This document shows, in pieces, positions 51,091 through 63,197 of a DNA stretch of 64,000 nt (positions are counted from its first letter, which is position 1; each line of letters begins with the position of its first letter). The stretch is from the NCBI RefSeq assembly GCF_009914755.1, contig NC_060927.1; one strand, written 5' to 3'. The notes under the pieces are model-generated. The model did no database searches. It worked only from the letters and a program-made list of their open reading frames with translations, and had not been told where the DNA came from. The translations under genes were made by a program, and so were the position numbers. This stretch comes from the human T2T-CHM13v2.0 reference genome, Homo sapiens.

Positions 51091-52482
51091 TCTACTCTGC
51101 CTCAATTGTAACTTTGGGCTAAAGCAATTAGAATAATTTTCAGTAGGTCAGGTCATGACGATGAAATCAGGACCATAGTTTTCAATTTACTAAAAATCTA
51201 CTTTCTAGAATTCCTGGAGGGCATAGCCTATTCCATACCTGTCCAGAATACATCATAGCCCTCATCATAATCATATTCTTAAGTATATTTAATAAATAAA
51301 TGACTGAATAAAGAAATCATTCTATTTTGGACAAAGAGGTCATCATTCAGAAGGCCACAATAACATGGAGGAAAACTATTTCAGGAATAAATAAGCTGAA
51401 CTCAGGTAAACTGCCTTATCATCCACTAGAAACCACATTAAAACAAACCAAACAAAGCAAAACTAAACTGCTTCCTGCTAGCTGTCTGACTTAGAACTGA
51501 ATAGAGATACAGTCTTTCTTGGATCTGATTTCTGATTGCTCCTTACTAATGCTGAAAATTGAATTCATTGGCTCCATCAAAGTGCCCTGCAGAGAGGAGT
51601 AGAAGCCCTGGCTGAATGTAGGAGATAAAAAATAAGCTTGATAGTAAAGGTGGCTTACTTGATAGTCCACAGAAAGATAGCCAAGTCAAGCATGCCCTTA
51701 TTTATGGCTTATTAAAGACAATTTTTTTTTCCAAGAAAACATACATACTTCACAGAGCTCTGGCCTAGAATTTAAAGCATGTTGTTTTTATCTCGCCTGT
51801 GAATGTCTGCTGCTCCCAAGCTTGCAAAGCTTGTCTACTGACTTCCTCTCCAGTTGCTCTACTGATTATTTTTTCGCTTTTATGAAAAATTAAAATATAA
51901 GATGAATAAGACAAGTATTGTTTAATTCTTATAAAGTTAAGGATTTGTTTGACATATTTTATAGAGTATCAAGCAGAATATATAAACCATACACATGACA
52001 GTAAATAAATATGATAAAGTATGGCATCAATATTCTGGTTTTGATGTAACAGGGGTGTATTTCCCTTCTATAAAATATTCCTTGTTGCATAAAATTTTTA
52101 ACAACCACCTTTTCATTTTTTTTCTAATATACTCATAAAATGAGGTCTCAGCAGAACATGTAGGGGAAGATAGTGAATTTTATTTATGATTATTTGGTTC
52201 TAGACTTCTAGGTAACTGGTTAAAAGGTCAGGTAGTGAGTGGATAAAAAATAGATGGAGTGTGACCAGAGACTTGCTCAATGCTGCGGTCCAACATCCAC
52301 GTTGATAATGGCTACATCCAGTTTAACTGTTTATGTAGCTTCTACTGATTTCAGTAGAATCAGAAACAGATTTTGGGTTTCAAATTTTCTGTTTGTGTAA
52401 CAGGACATTAACAGTGTCCTGTTAATGAGAAAAGATTCTTCTGTACTGAGATGAGAAATGAATTGCATTGGGTTATTCAGAT

Positions 52483-52564
52483 TATTTCCTGTGTATGTGT
52501 TTCCTATGTATGTGTATGTATTTCCTGTGTATGTGTTTCCTGTGTATTTCCTGTGTATGTGTTT
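52483..52564. repeat. Minisatellite, unit approx TTTCCTGTGTATGTG, 5 cores
   Basis: Seen directly. Confidence 0.93.
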
Positions 52565-53802
52565 TAAAGCCTTATTTTCTTTCTATGGGCCAATTTTAAG
52601 CCATTATTTCAACTCAATGAGTGTCTATTAATTGACTTGTCATGCCCAATTCTGAGACACAACTGGCTACTCTTAGAAGCTGTGAAACCTTTTTTGTGAA
52701 GGCAATTGCTAACATTTATTGATCACTTACCACATGCTAGTCATCAGCTATTAATTTCCATATATTACCTCATTTAATTATTGCCATAACTATATCAGTC
52801 TGGTTAATTTTCCTCTTACTTTAACCTAAAACTTAGGATGAATTTCTTACCCTATCTAGGTCTGTTTACTGTAGTACCTTTAACCTCCTTGCAAGGGTTT
52901 CAACTCATTTTTAGCTTCATGGCAACAACATAACTTCATAATGTCAGAAAAGGTAGGGGCTTAGCGATGGTCAGAACGTTATGATCATTTATGTCATCCA
53001 TAAAAAATAAACCCTGGAAAAATACCTGAGTCTACTTCAAGTCCAGCAGAGAGCCTCAGGTATATTTTCTCCCCTCAGTTCCTTCTTCTAATCCCTTTTG
53101 TTTTTGTTTCTATGGGGAGCTATGCTGTTTGATCAGCCACAGCTCACTGTTAATTCAGATTATGTTTACAAGCCATTAAAACCCTCAGCCTTCATAACAC
53201 ATGAAACTGATAAGTTTTATTTTCTTCTTGCTCTATGGACACAGGTGAAGTTTTTGGATATAAGTGCTGGAATTATATCTTAGTTAAGAGTATCCGTCTA
53301 ATTGTTCTAATTTTTGTTCTTCAATGAATTATAGACAGTCCCAAGAATTACAAAGTTTTATCAGGTCGCATCCCTAATCCTAAAGAGCAAATAAGCATGA
53401 AGGGGTTATTGACTATTTTTTGAATTACTCAGTTTGAACATGATTCCTCCTTGGGATGAATACTTCTTGGCTCCTCAGCCTCTTACTACAAAACCCAAGG
53501 GAGGCGTGGAGTCCCTCTCCCTGCTTGCTGGCAGCTGAGGTACAACTGTGGGCCTTTGACTGCACTGGCGGTTCAGATGATCCTGCTGAGGGCTTTGACC
53601 TTTAAGGGAATGATGTGGAATCTCAGGTTCAGTGCGCACATATTCACAGGAAGGTAGTACCATGGAGAATGCAGCTTTGAAGGACCAAGTTATATGGCTG
53701 GCACCTGTGCTGGGTCAAGACGTGATCTTGGATGATTCCTGCTGCCTATGACCTTTTCATCCCTGATCATCTTCAGAGATTTTTCTTCAGCCTTCATGTA
53801 TA

Positions 53803-56154
53803 CAGGCATACCTTGGAGGTATGTGGATTTGGTTCCAGACCACTGCAATGAAGCTGATATCACAATAGAATGAGTCACAAAAATTGTTTTGTTCCTGTTC
53901 ATATAAAATTTATGTTTACACTGTACAGTTGTCTATTGAGTATGCAATAGCATTGTGTATAAAAAACCCAATATATTATACATAATGTAATTAAAAAATA
54001 CTTTATTGCTAAAAAAGTGTTAATGATCATCTGAGCCTTCAGCAAAGTCATAAACTTTTTGCTGACTTGAAGGGTCTTGCCTCATTGTTGATTAGGATGG
54101 TGGTTGCTGAAGTTTGGGATGACTGTGGCAATTTCTTAAAATAAGAAAACAATGAATTTTGGCACACTGATGGAGTCTTTCTTTTACAAAAGATTTCTCT
54201 GCAGCATGTCACGCTGTTTGATAGCACTTCACCCACAGTGGAACTCCTTCCAAAACTGGAGTCAATCCTCTCAAGCCCTGCCACTGCAAATCCTTTGCTG
54301 TCATTTCAACAATGTTCACAGCATCTTCGCCAGGAGCAGTTTCCATCTTGTTTGCTCATCCATCCATAAAAGCAGCTCCCCTTCCATTTAAGTTTTATCA
54401 TGAAATTGTAGCAACTCATCACATCTTCAGGCTCCACTTCTAATTCTAGTTATTTTGCTATTTCCACAACATCTGCAGTTACTTCTTCTGCTGAGATCTT
54501 GAACTTCTCAAAGTTATTCATAAGGTTTGGAATCAACTTCTTTCAAACTCATGTTCATGCTGATATTTTGACCTTCTTTCATGAATCATAAATGTTCTTA
54601 ATAACATCTAGAATGGTGAATCTTTACAGAATGTTTTCAATTTACTTTGCACAGATCCATCAGAGGAATCACTGTCAATGGCATCTATAACCTTATGAAA
54701 TGCATTTCTTAAGTAATATGACTTGAAAATCAAAATTACTCCTTGGCCCATGGGCTAAGAATGGATGTTGTATTAGCAGACATGAAAATAACTTTCATCT
54801 CTTATTCATCTCCATCTGAACTCTTGGGTGACCAGGTGCATTGTAATCAAGCAGTAATATTTTGAAAGAAATCTTTTTTCTGAGCAGTAGGTCTCAACAG
54901 TGGGCTTAAAAAATCCAGCAAATCATGCTATCAACAGATGTGCTATCTTCCAGGCTTTTTTGTGCCATTCACAGTGCACAAGCAGCAGAGATTTAGCATA
55001 ATTCGCAAGGGCCCTAGGATTACGGGTTAGTTAATGAGCAATGGCTTCAACTTAAAGTCACTAACTGCATTAGCCCCTAATAAGACAGCCTGTCCTTTGA
55101 AGCCTCAAAGCCAAACATTGACTTCTCCGTACCTATGAAAGTCCTGGATGACATCTTATTCCAGTATAAGGCTGTCTTGTCTACATTGAAAATCTGTTGT
55201 TGAGTGTAGCCACCTTCATCAATGATATTAGCTAGATTTTCTGGATAACTTGCTACAGCTTCTATATCAGCACTTGCTGCTTCACCTTGCACTTTTATTT
55301 TATGAAGATGGCTTCTCTCCTTGAACCTCATGAACCAAATTCTGATAGCTTCAAACTTTTCTTCTGAAGCTTCCTCATCTCTTTCAGCCTTCACAGAACT
55401 TAAGACAGTTAGGGTCTTGTTCTGGATTGGGCTTTGGCTTAAGGGAATGTTGTGGCTGGTTTGATCTTCTATCCAGACCAATAACATTTTCTCCATATTA
55501 GCAATAAGGTTGTTTCACTTTCTTAGCATTTATGTGTTCACTGGAGTAGCACTTATAATTTTCTTCAAGAACTTTTTCTTTGTATGTACAACTGTTTGGT
55601 GTAAGAGGCCTTTTTACCCATCTCAGCTTTTAACATGTCTTCTTCACTAAACTTCGTAATTTCTAGCTTTTGATTTTAATTGAGAGACAGGTGACTCTAT
55701 TTTACTTGAATACTTAGAGGCCATTGCAGAGTTATTGATTGGCCTAATTTCAATATTGTTGTGTCTCAGGGAATAGGGAGGCTGGAGAGGAAAAAGAGAG
55801 ATGGGAGCATGGCTGGTCAGTGGAACCGTCAGAACACACACAACATTTAGCTATTAAGTTGCCCTTTTATAAGAGCCTGGTTTGTGGTGCTCAAAAACAA
55901 TTACAATAGTAACACCAAAGATCACAGATCACAGATTATCATAACAGATACAATAATGATGACAAAGTTTTAAACATTGAAAGAATTACTAAGATGTGAC
56001 ACAGGCACATTAAGTGACCACGTTATTGAAAAAAATGGTGCCAATAGACTTGCTCAACACAGGGCTGCCACAAACCTTCAGTTTAAAAAAAAAAAAACAA
56101 CACAGTATCTGAGCAGCACAATGAAGTGAAGCATAATGAAATTGAGTATGCTTG
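53803..56154 (-). mobile_element. Tigger1 DNA transposon, near full length (2352 bp)
   Basis: TIRs caggcatacct / gagtatgcttg, TA TSD on both sides, transposase remnants. Confidence 0.96.
55077..55496 (-). pseudogene. Tigger1 transposase remnant (CENP-B-type HTH into start of DDE domain)
   Basis: [21 protein letters not shown]...WFMRFKER...[12 protein letters not shown]; flanked by stops and frameshifts. Confidence 0.9.
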
Positions 56155-56269
56155 TACTTACAAAAAAATCCTGTTTGTGCTAAAAATAGACAGATGAAGA
56201 CAGAGTTGGTTTCTGGTACTTGCAACTAAAAACCCAGCAGACCCAGGCTGCTTCTCTTCTCCTCTGCTG

Positions 56270-56770
56270 GTGTCACCATGGAGTGAATTCCCATCATCTC
56301 ATGACTGGACCAGTGCAATAGCCTCTGCCTGGCTCTGGCTCCGGCTCCATGATCTCACCTTGTCTGGCTCTATACTCTCACGTGGCTTCCTGCAGCCCAC
56401 TGAGCTACCACTTAAATCTGCAAGTCAGATTAGCCCATTCCAGTGGATAAAGTCCTTCAATGGCTTCCCGTCACATTAACACTCAATCTTCAACCTCTCA
56501 CTTGATTGCCTCTATTTTCAAGTCCCGTATCCCCATGTTCCTCCCGCCCCCAAACTCCAGCGGTGCCATTCCTGCTTCTCCTCAACTACACCAAGCTTTG
56601 TCCTACTTCTGAGCCTTTCTACTTTTAGAGTTGCTAGATTTAAAAAGCTGTTTGTTACCTGGGATATAGAAAAACTGTTTGTTGTTTCTCTGAAATTCAG
56701 ATTAAACTGGGCATCCTGTATTTTTGTTCCCCAAACCTGGAGCCTTCTGTTTGTTGTTCCTTGGTCTGAC
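56270..56770 (+). mobile_element. L2 fragment with nested MER53
   Basis: ccttcaatggcttccc...aaactccagc. Confidence 0.7.
56626..56740. mobile_element. MER53 fragment (hAT MITE)
   Basis: agagttgctagattta; ctgaaattcagattaaactgggcatcctgtattt. Confidence 0.75.
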
Positions 56771-57597
56771 AGCAAACTGAAGAGGGAACCCTAAATTACA
56801 AAATTTTCCAAGTTTAACCTTTCTCCTTTTTTACTTCTTACTTTCAGTTTTTAATTTATCTAGAATTTAAAAAATCTACAGAGAGAAGTAATAGTACTGA
56901 ACTTCTATAAAAGTCACAATGAAGTTACCCAGCAGCTATGATTATTTCATTAGGAAATAATTGACTCCCAGGAAGCCCCATGTACTGTAATCTCTTCTCT
57001 CCCCAATGAGGGCAGGATAATAGACCATTTTCCAAATCTAATTTGGTTTGTATTTTCCATCTGAAAGGCAGGCTGGACACAATGAAGACTTGGCTTATTG
57101 TTTTCCTGTTTCTGTTTGAACAGTGAACTGATTTGTAAAGAACCTTCATTGTACCTTTCACTTCTCTGACTCCCTCAATGTTCCTTGTGTTACCTCCAGT
57201 ATGACAATGGGACCCATGGGCCACATGAGCTTATCACTTAGAGAGGCATCGATTTCTCCCTTTTTTAGAATAGCTTCATAAGAGCCATCAACATTTTAAT
57301 AGAGTCAGGTATCTATTGGGAGGTTTATAAACCTGGGAAAATGAGTTTGTGTTCCACAATGTAGACACAGATATTTTTTATTAATTTAGAGAGCCAATTC
57401 CCCCAGGCAAATGAGATTCTGCTTGAGTGTTCAGCTTGTCTTTCAATAGTTCTGAAGACTTATGCTTGGATTTGTTGAATAGGCCTATGGGGCCTACAGA
57501 AAGATGCAGCGTTTCTATAATTTGGGGAAGCTTGGAGCCAGACATAAGGTGAAATTGAAAATACACAGCACTATGACAAGAATTGTCGACAGAACCA

Positions 57598-57654
57598 AGA
57601 GAGGGAGAGAAAGAGAGTGAGAAAGTAGGAGAGAGGAAGAGACAGAGACAGAGA
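57598..57654. repeat. GA-rich simple repeat
   Basis: Seen directly. Confidence 0.85.
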
Positions 57655-58150
57655 GCAACAAAGGATTTACTTATCCTGTGACTGATAATTCCAGAGGTGG
57701 GTCTGGCTCAGGTATGGTTTGCTATAGGGGTTCAAATGATGTCATCTCACTTGCTCTGTCACTAAGCTTCACTTCCCTCTTGGTTTTATTTTCAATGAGG
57801 TTGCTTCTAAAATGGTGCCATAATGACTGCCAAACATTCCACATTTCTACTCCACACAGCTAATGGCCTCAGTAGAAATGAAAACCTCTCTTTGCTAATT
57901 CCATCAACAAATGACCCAGAGTTGATTCTCCTTGGCCTGACCGTGCTCAAGTGCCCATTTATGAACCAATCTTTGTCACCATGGAATAAAAAGTGCTCCT
58001 TGGTTAGCCCGGGGTCTATTCCCACTTCTCAAACAGGGAAGAAGTGATAAATCATGTCAGCTTTACTTATACCATATTGATGGCCAGTGGGGAAGGAGAT
58101 AATTTGCTGAACAAATTTGGGATGCTATTTCTAAATAAAGAGGGAAAGAT
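57655..58150 (-). mobile_element. Old MLT1 (J/K/L-like) LTR
   Basis: ggttcaaatgatgtcatc...gtgcccatttatgaaccaatc. Confidence 0.7.
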
Positions 58151-58644
58151 TGTATTACTTTATTTGGAAGTTTCTTTTCCCTTTTCTCCCTCTTTCCTTG
58201 TGATGTCATTCTGCTCTCACACTACAAATGAGTTCCTAATAACTCATGTGTTGGGGGAACCCAGAGGCTGCTATCACTTCATTGTACCATCAAGGGAGAC
58301 ACTGCAAACGTGTTAACATAAGCCAGACAAGACATAGACTTGGTTTTCATGACTGCCAACACCGACAGGCAGAGCATATATTTGAAACTATTTTCCTTCA
58401 GGCAACAAAGCAGAGAGCAGATGAAAGATCCACCTTTGAAAGATCTTCATATACTATGTTTGTCCTTGTGTTCTTTCTTTCAATTCTGTTATCTTCAGAT
58501 GCTTTTGGAAAAAGCTACTCATCATGAGGTAGCAATAGGGGATGCCTACACTGCAGATCTAAGTTTGAATTATATATGAAATAATGATGGAGCTCCATTT
58601 CTAAATGTATACATCCTTCATAGTGCACAGGATGGTGATGGTAG

Positions 58645-58940
<296 letters not shown>

Positions 58941-59182
58941 TAAGCAAGATCATCCTCATTGAAGCTATTTACTCAGGCATCATCAGCCATACCTTACAAT
59001 GAAGAAATTAAGGCTTAGAGAAGGGAAGGAGGGCAGGTCCCAGATTTTCTGAGCTCCACATCAGCCTACTCAGGAAGTCCTGACTCACCTCTAAGCTTCA
59101 CTACCCATATTGTGCTCTTCCATCTCCCTACAGGTCCTTTAAGTCAAGCCCAGAATGGGAAAAACAAACATCAGACCAACCT

Positions 59183-59385
59183 GTGTAGCTGTTTAGAGCT
59201 AAGTCATTGGAGCCAGACTGCATTTGTTCCAATACCAACTCCAGTTCTTACTTACGGGTTATATTAAATTCTCTGGGGCTTAGTGCCTGCCCCAAGGAGC
59301 TGCTACGGTACAGATGAAATTAATCACTTTTAAGCACTTCTAAAAGTGCTCAGAACAGTGCCTGACACATAATATGTATTCAAAG
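59183..59385 (+). mobile_element. MIR
   Basis: tggagccagactgc...agaacagtgcctgacacata. Confidence 0.8.
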
Positions 59386-59679
59386 ACCCCATTTGTACAG
59401 CGTTCTTTGCTATTACTTGCCAGGGCTTCATATCATACAATACAGAAAAGTCCCTGAGGAATATCTGGTAGTGAATGCCCTTTGTCTCACATGGATGTCC
59501 CTCTTTCAGCACTTAAATCTACACTGAGTATATTTTACTAGTTTGTTCCTACACCAATAGACAGTTTACTTCAGATGACTTTGGACACTTCCTATAGAGT
59601 TAATCAGCTGGCTTACAGTAATGAGCATGAGGGTAGTATTAAAAAAAAAAGAAAAATAAAAAGCCTGGATGTCGTATAG

Positions 59680-59850
59680 TCAAGTAGGGGTGAGATTGAA
59701 TCCAGGCCCAGTGTGCTTAAGACCTGTGTGACTTTAGGCAAATTACTTCACTTCTCCGAACTCCATTTTCTTATCTGAAAAATGAGAATAGAAACATTTT
59801 CCTAACTCAGATGATGTGAGGATGCCTACTGTGCATAGTAAATGCATGGC
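59680..59850 (+). mobile_element. MIR
   Basis: ctgtgtgactttaggcaaattactt...ttcttatctgaaaaatg. Confidence 0.8.
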
Positions 59851-60321
59851 ACACAGGAGAAAGAGGCAGCCTTCTTAATCATAATTTAACAAACCTCGGA
59901 TCTTTGTTTCATCATTGTTTCCTTGTTATTTGCTTTTGCCTGTGAGAACAGCATCTGCTGAAGGCCTTTCAGAAGATTTTGCCTGCTTTGTGATGGTCCT
60001 TGTGGGCAGACTGTTCACAACATGACTACTTACTAGCCAACTCCTTAGTCTCCAGACATAAACATTTATATATTTACTTTTTAAGAACAGTGCAGATATA
60101 TGTGATGATTCAAAACAGTCAGAATGCCAAATTTTGCCCAGTGATAACTGCTTAGCCGGTATAGCTCCCTTTTTTTTTTGAATCGCTACATGGCAGATAT
60201 TTTATTCCCGTGTCTACACTGAGCTGAGGAAACTGATGATCTTACCGGAAATGTAATTTGCTCAAGGTCAGAGTTCCAAGTGCATTGAACCAGCCAAACT
60301 CATGCTTTTGCGTCCTATCAG

Positions 60322-60457
60322 CTCCTTTCCCTCCCTCCCTTCCTCCCTTGTCCTTTCCTTCCTCCTTTCTTTCTCTCCCTTACTTTTCTCCCTCATACTC
60401 TTTCTCCTTCTTTCATCCCTGCTTCTTTCCCTCACCTTCTCCCTTTTCTCCTTTTTC
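60322..60457. repeat. CT-rich polypyrimidine tract
   Basis: About 135 bp with only a handful of purines. Confidence 0.9.
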
Positions 60458-62160
60458 ATTCAACAAGGATTTTCTAAGAACCTACACAATGCCAGTATCT
60501 TCTAGATCTTGGGAATGGAAGAATGAAAAGATGAAGGAAACATTTCCAGATGCAGATGACTTACAGTCTCAAAAAGAATTTGCTAGATGAACCCTGGGTG
60601 AGTATTAACCAGACCTCAGATCTTGAGCAATCCACTGGGTGTCCATCCCGATTGATTTCAAGTAAAGTTCTTTGGTTTCTTTGGAAACTTCGACATAAAG
60701 GGTCTTGCCAGGGAATTTGAAATTGGGGTATGGATTTTTTTTCAATGCAAGAAACAATGAAAATATAAAAATATGGAAACAACTGAAAGCTAGAATTAGG
60801 TTATGAAACTATCAATATTATTGTTGCTTAAAAAGATAGTGCAGTCATATCATGTACTGTGTTAACTTACCTAAATTTACCTGCATATATGTTTGGCAAA
60901 GAGAGACAAAAGTGGGGTGGGTGGGAAAGAGACCACAGAGAGAGTGAGCAATTTAAACAATGCAGGAAGTTCAGGCCATGTTCCATCACAGTGTCTGCTT
61001 GAGGGTGATCTTGACATATGATGGGTATCTACTGTTTTCATGTTTATTTCACACTGTGGGCACATGGCCATGCATAATGTAATTCTAGTGTTTAAAAGTC
61101 ATTATTTTTAATTTACCATGCCCCAAAATGCCAAGGATCTGGTACTCAACTGAAGAAAGGGTCATCTGGAAAGCTGTGCAGGACTAATGGACTTCAATGT
61201 GTCAGTCTCTAATGCAGTGTCATTTAAGGACTTGTCAAGGGGCTAATTTTGACTATGCATATTTTTCATCTTATGCACTTACTTTGGAAGCACAGTCTCT
61301 CAGGGTAAGGGACACCCCTGCATTATGTTTAAATTTAGAGTCTACTAAGCCCCCTACATAAATAATGGATTTGCATCTGTGAATTGTAATAATCTCTAGA
61401 AGGAGATAATTTGCAAGGACATTAACTTGATAGGCAAGCCACTATTAATTAGAAATCTTAACATGTTGGCTTGTTAATGGCTAATTAAGCCTTTACTGAG
61501 ATCCATTGCAGGTAAGAGGCAATGAAGAACAATCCAGGAATATGAAATCCTATTCGCCTTTGAATTTGATTCTGTTCAAAAAAAAGTATAGAAAGTCTAG
61601 AAATAATTATAGGTAAGACAAAAACAAGCCTCCAGCAAATTAAAAAGGAAATCACTGGGAAAAGTAAAAGCCATCAAAATTAAAAATAGAATTCATTACC
61701 TGTTCAAACAGTTGTATTACCACGCAATCTGAAAATACTCTCAGGATTGCTTTGTATTTTTATTTTACTTTAAGTTTCAGGATACATGTGCAGAATGTGC
61801 AGGTTTGTTTCATAGGTATACATGTGCCATGGTGGTTTGATGCACCTATTGACCTGTCATTTAGGTTCCCTCCCCTCACCCCTTACCCTCCAACAGGCTC
61901 CTGTGTGTGTTGTTCTCCTTTGTGTCCATATGTTCTCATTGCTCAACTTCCACTTATGAGTGAGAATATGCAGTGTTTGGTTTTCTGTTTCTGTGTTAGT
62001 TTGCTGAGGATGATGACTTCCAGCTTCATCAGTGTCTGTGCAAAGGACATGCTCTCATTCCTTTTTATGGCTGTATACTATTCAATGGTGTATATGTACC
62101 AAATTTTCTTTATCCAGTAAATGCCCATTGATGGGCATTTGGATTGGTTACATGTCTTTG

Positions 62161-62810
62161 CTATTGTAAATAGTGCTGCAATAAACATACATGTGTATAT
62201 GTCTTTATGATAGAATGACTTCTATTCCTTTTGGTAATGGGATTCCCCAGTAATGGAATTGCTGGGTCAAATGGTATCTCTGGTTCTAGATCTTTTAGGA
62301 ATTGCCACACTGTCTTCCACAATGGTGGAACTAATTTACATTCCCACCAACAGTGTAAAAGCATTCTTATTTCTCCACAGCCTCGTCAGCATCTGTTGTT
62401 TATTCACTTTTTAATAATCGCCATTCTGACTGGTTGAGATGGTACCTCATTGTGATTTTGATTTGCATTTCTCTAGTGATCAGTGATGTTGAGCTTTTTT
62501 TTCATATGTTTATTGGCCACATAAATGACTTCTTTTAAAAGTGTCTGTTCATATCCTTCATGTACTTTTTGATGGGGTTGTTTGTTTTTTTCTTGTAAAT
62601 TTGTTTAAGTTCCTTGTAGAGTCTGGACATTAGACCTTTGTCAGGTGGATAGATTATACAAATTTTCTCCCATTCTCTAGGTTGCCTGTTCACTCTGATG
62701 ATGGTTTCTTTTGCTGTGCAGAAGCTCTTTAGTTTAATTAGATCCCATTTGTCAATTTTGGCTTTTGTTGCTATTGCTTTTGGTGTTTTAGTCATGAAGT
62801 CTTTGCCCAT
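62161..62810 (-). pseudogene. L1 ORF2 C-terminal remnants
   Basis: ORFs 62535-62810 and 62161-62364 match L1 ORF2p but are broken by stops and frameshifts. Confidence 0.9.
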
Positions 62811-63172
62811 GCCTATGTCCTGAATGGTATTGCTTAGGTTTTCTTCTAGGGTTTTTATGGTTTTGGGTTTTACACAAGTCTTTAATCCATCTTGAGTTAA
62901 TTTTTCTATAAGGTGTAAGGAAGGGGTCCAGATTCAGTTTTCTGCATATGGTTAGCCAGTTGTCCCAGCACCATTTGTTGAATAGGAAATCCTTTTCCCA
63001 TTGCTTGTTTTTGTCAAGTTTGTTGAAGATCAGATGGTTGTAGATGTGTGGTGTTATTTCTGAGGACTCTGTCCTGTTCCATTGGTCTACATGTCTGTTT
63101 TGGTACCAGGATTATGCTGTTTTGGTTGCTGTAGCCTTGTAGTACAAAGTCAGGTAGCAGGATGCCTCCAGC

Positions 63173-63197
63173 TTTTTTTTTTTTTTTTTTTTTTTTT
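63173..63197. repeat. T25 homopolymer expansion inside L1 ORF2
   Basis: Replaces the short tttgttcttttt stretch recalled from the L1 consensus. Confidence 0.9.

Larger units (their letters stand above)
53440..56245 (+). mobile_element. Possible old MaLR-like LTR split by Tigger1
   Basis: gagttggtttctggtacttgcaactaaaaacc LTR-type 3' end right after the Tigger1. Confidence 0.4.

Noticed and set aside
60866-61150. Minus-strand donor AG|GTAAGT with a possible acceptor
   Set aside because: Isolated splice-like signals are expected by chance and the acceptor is weak
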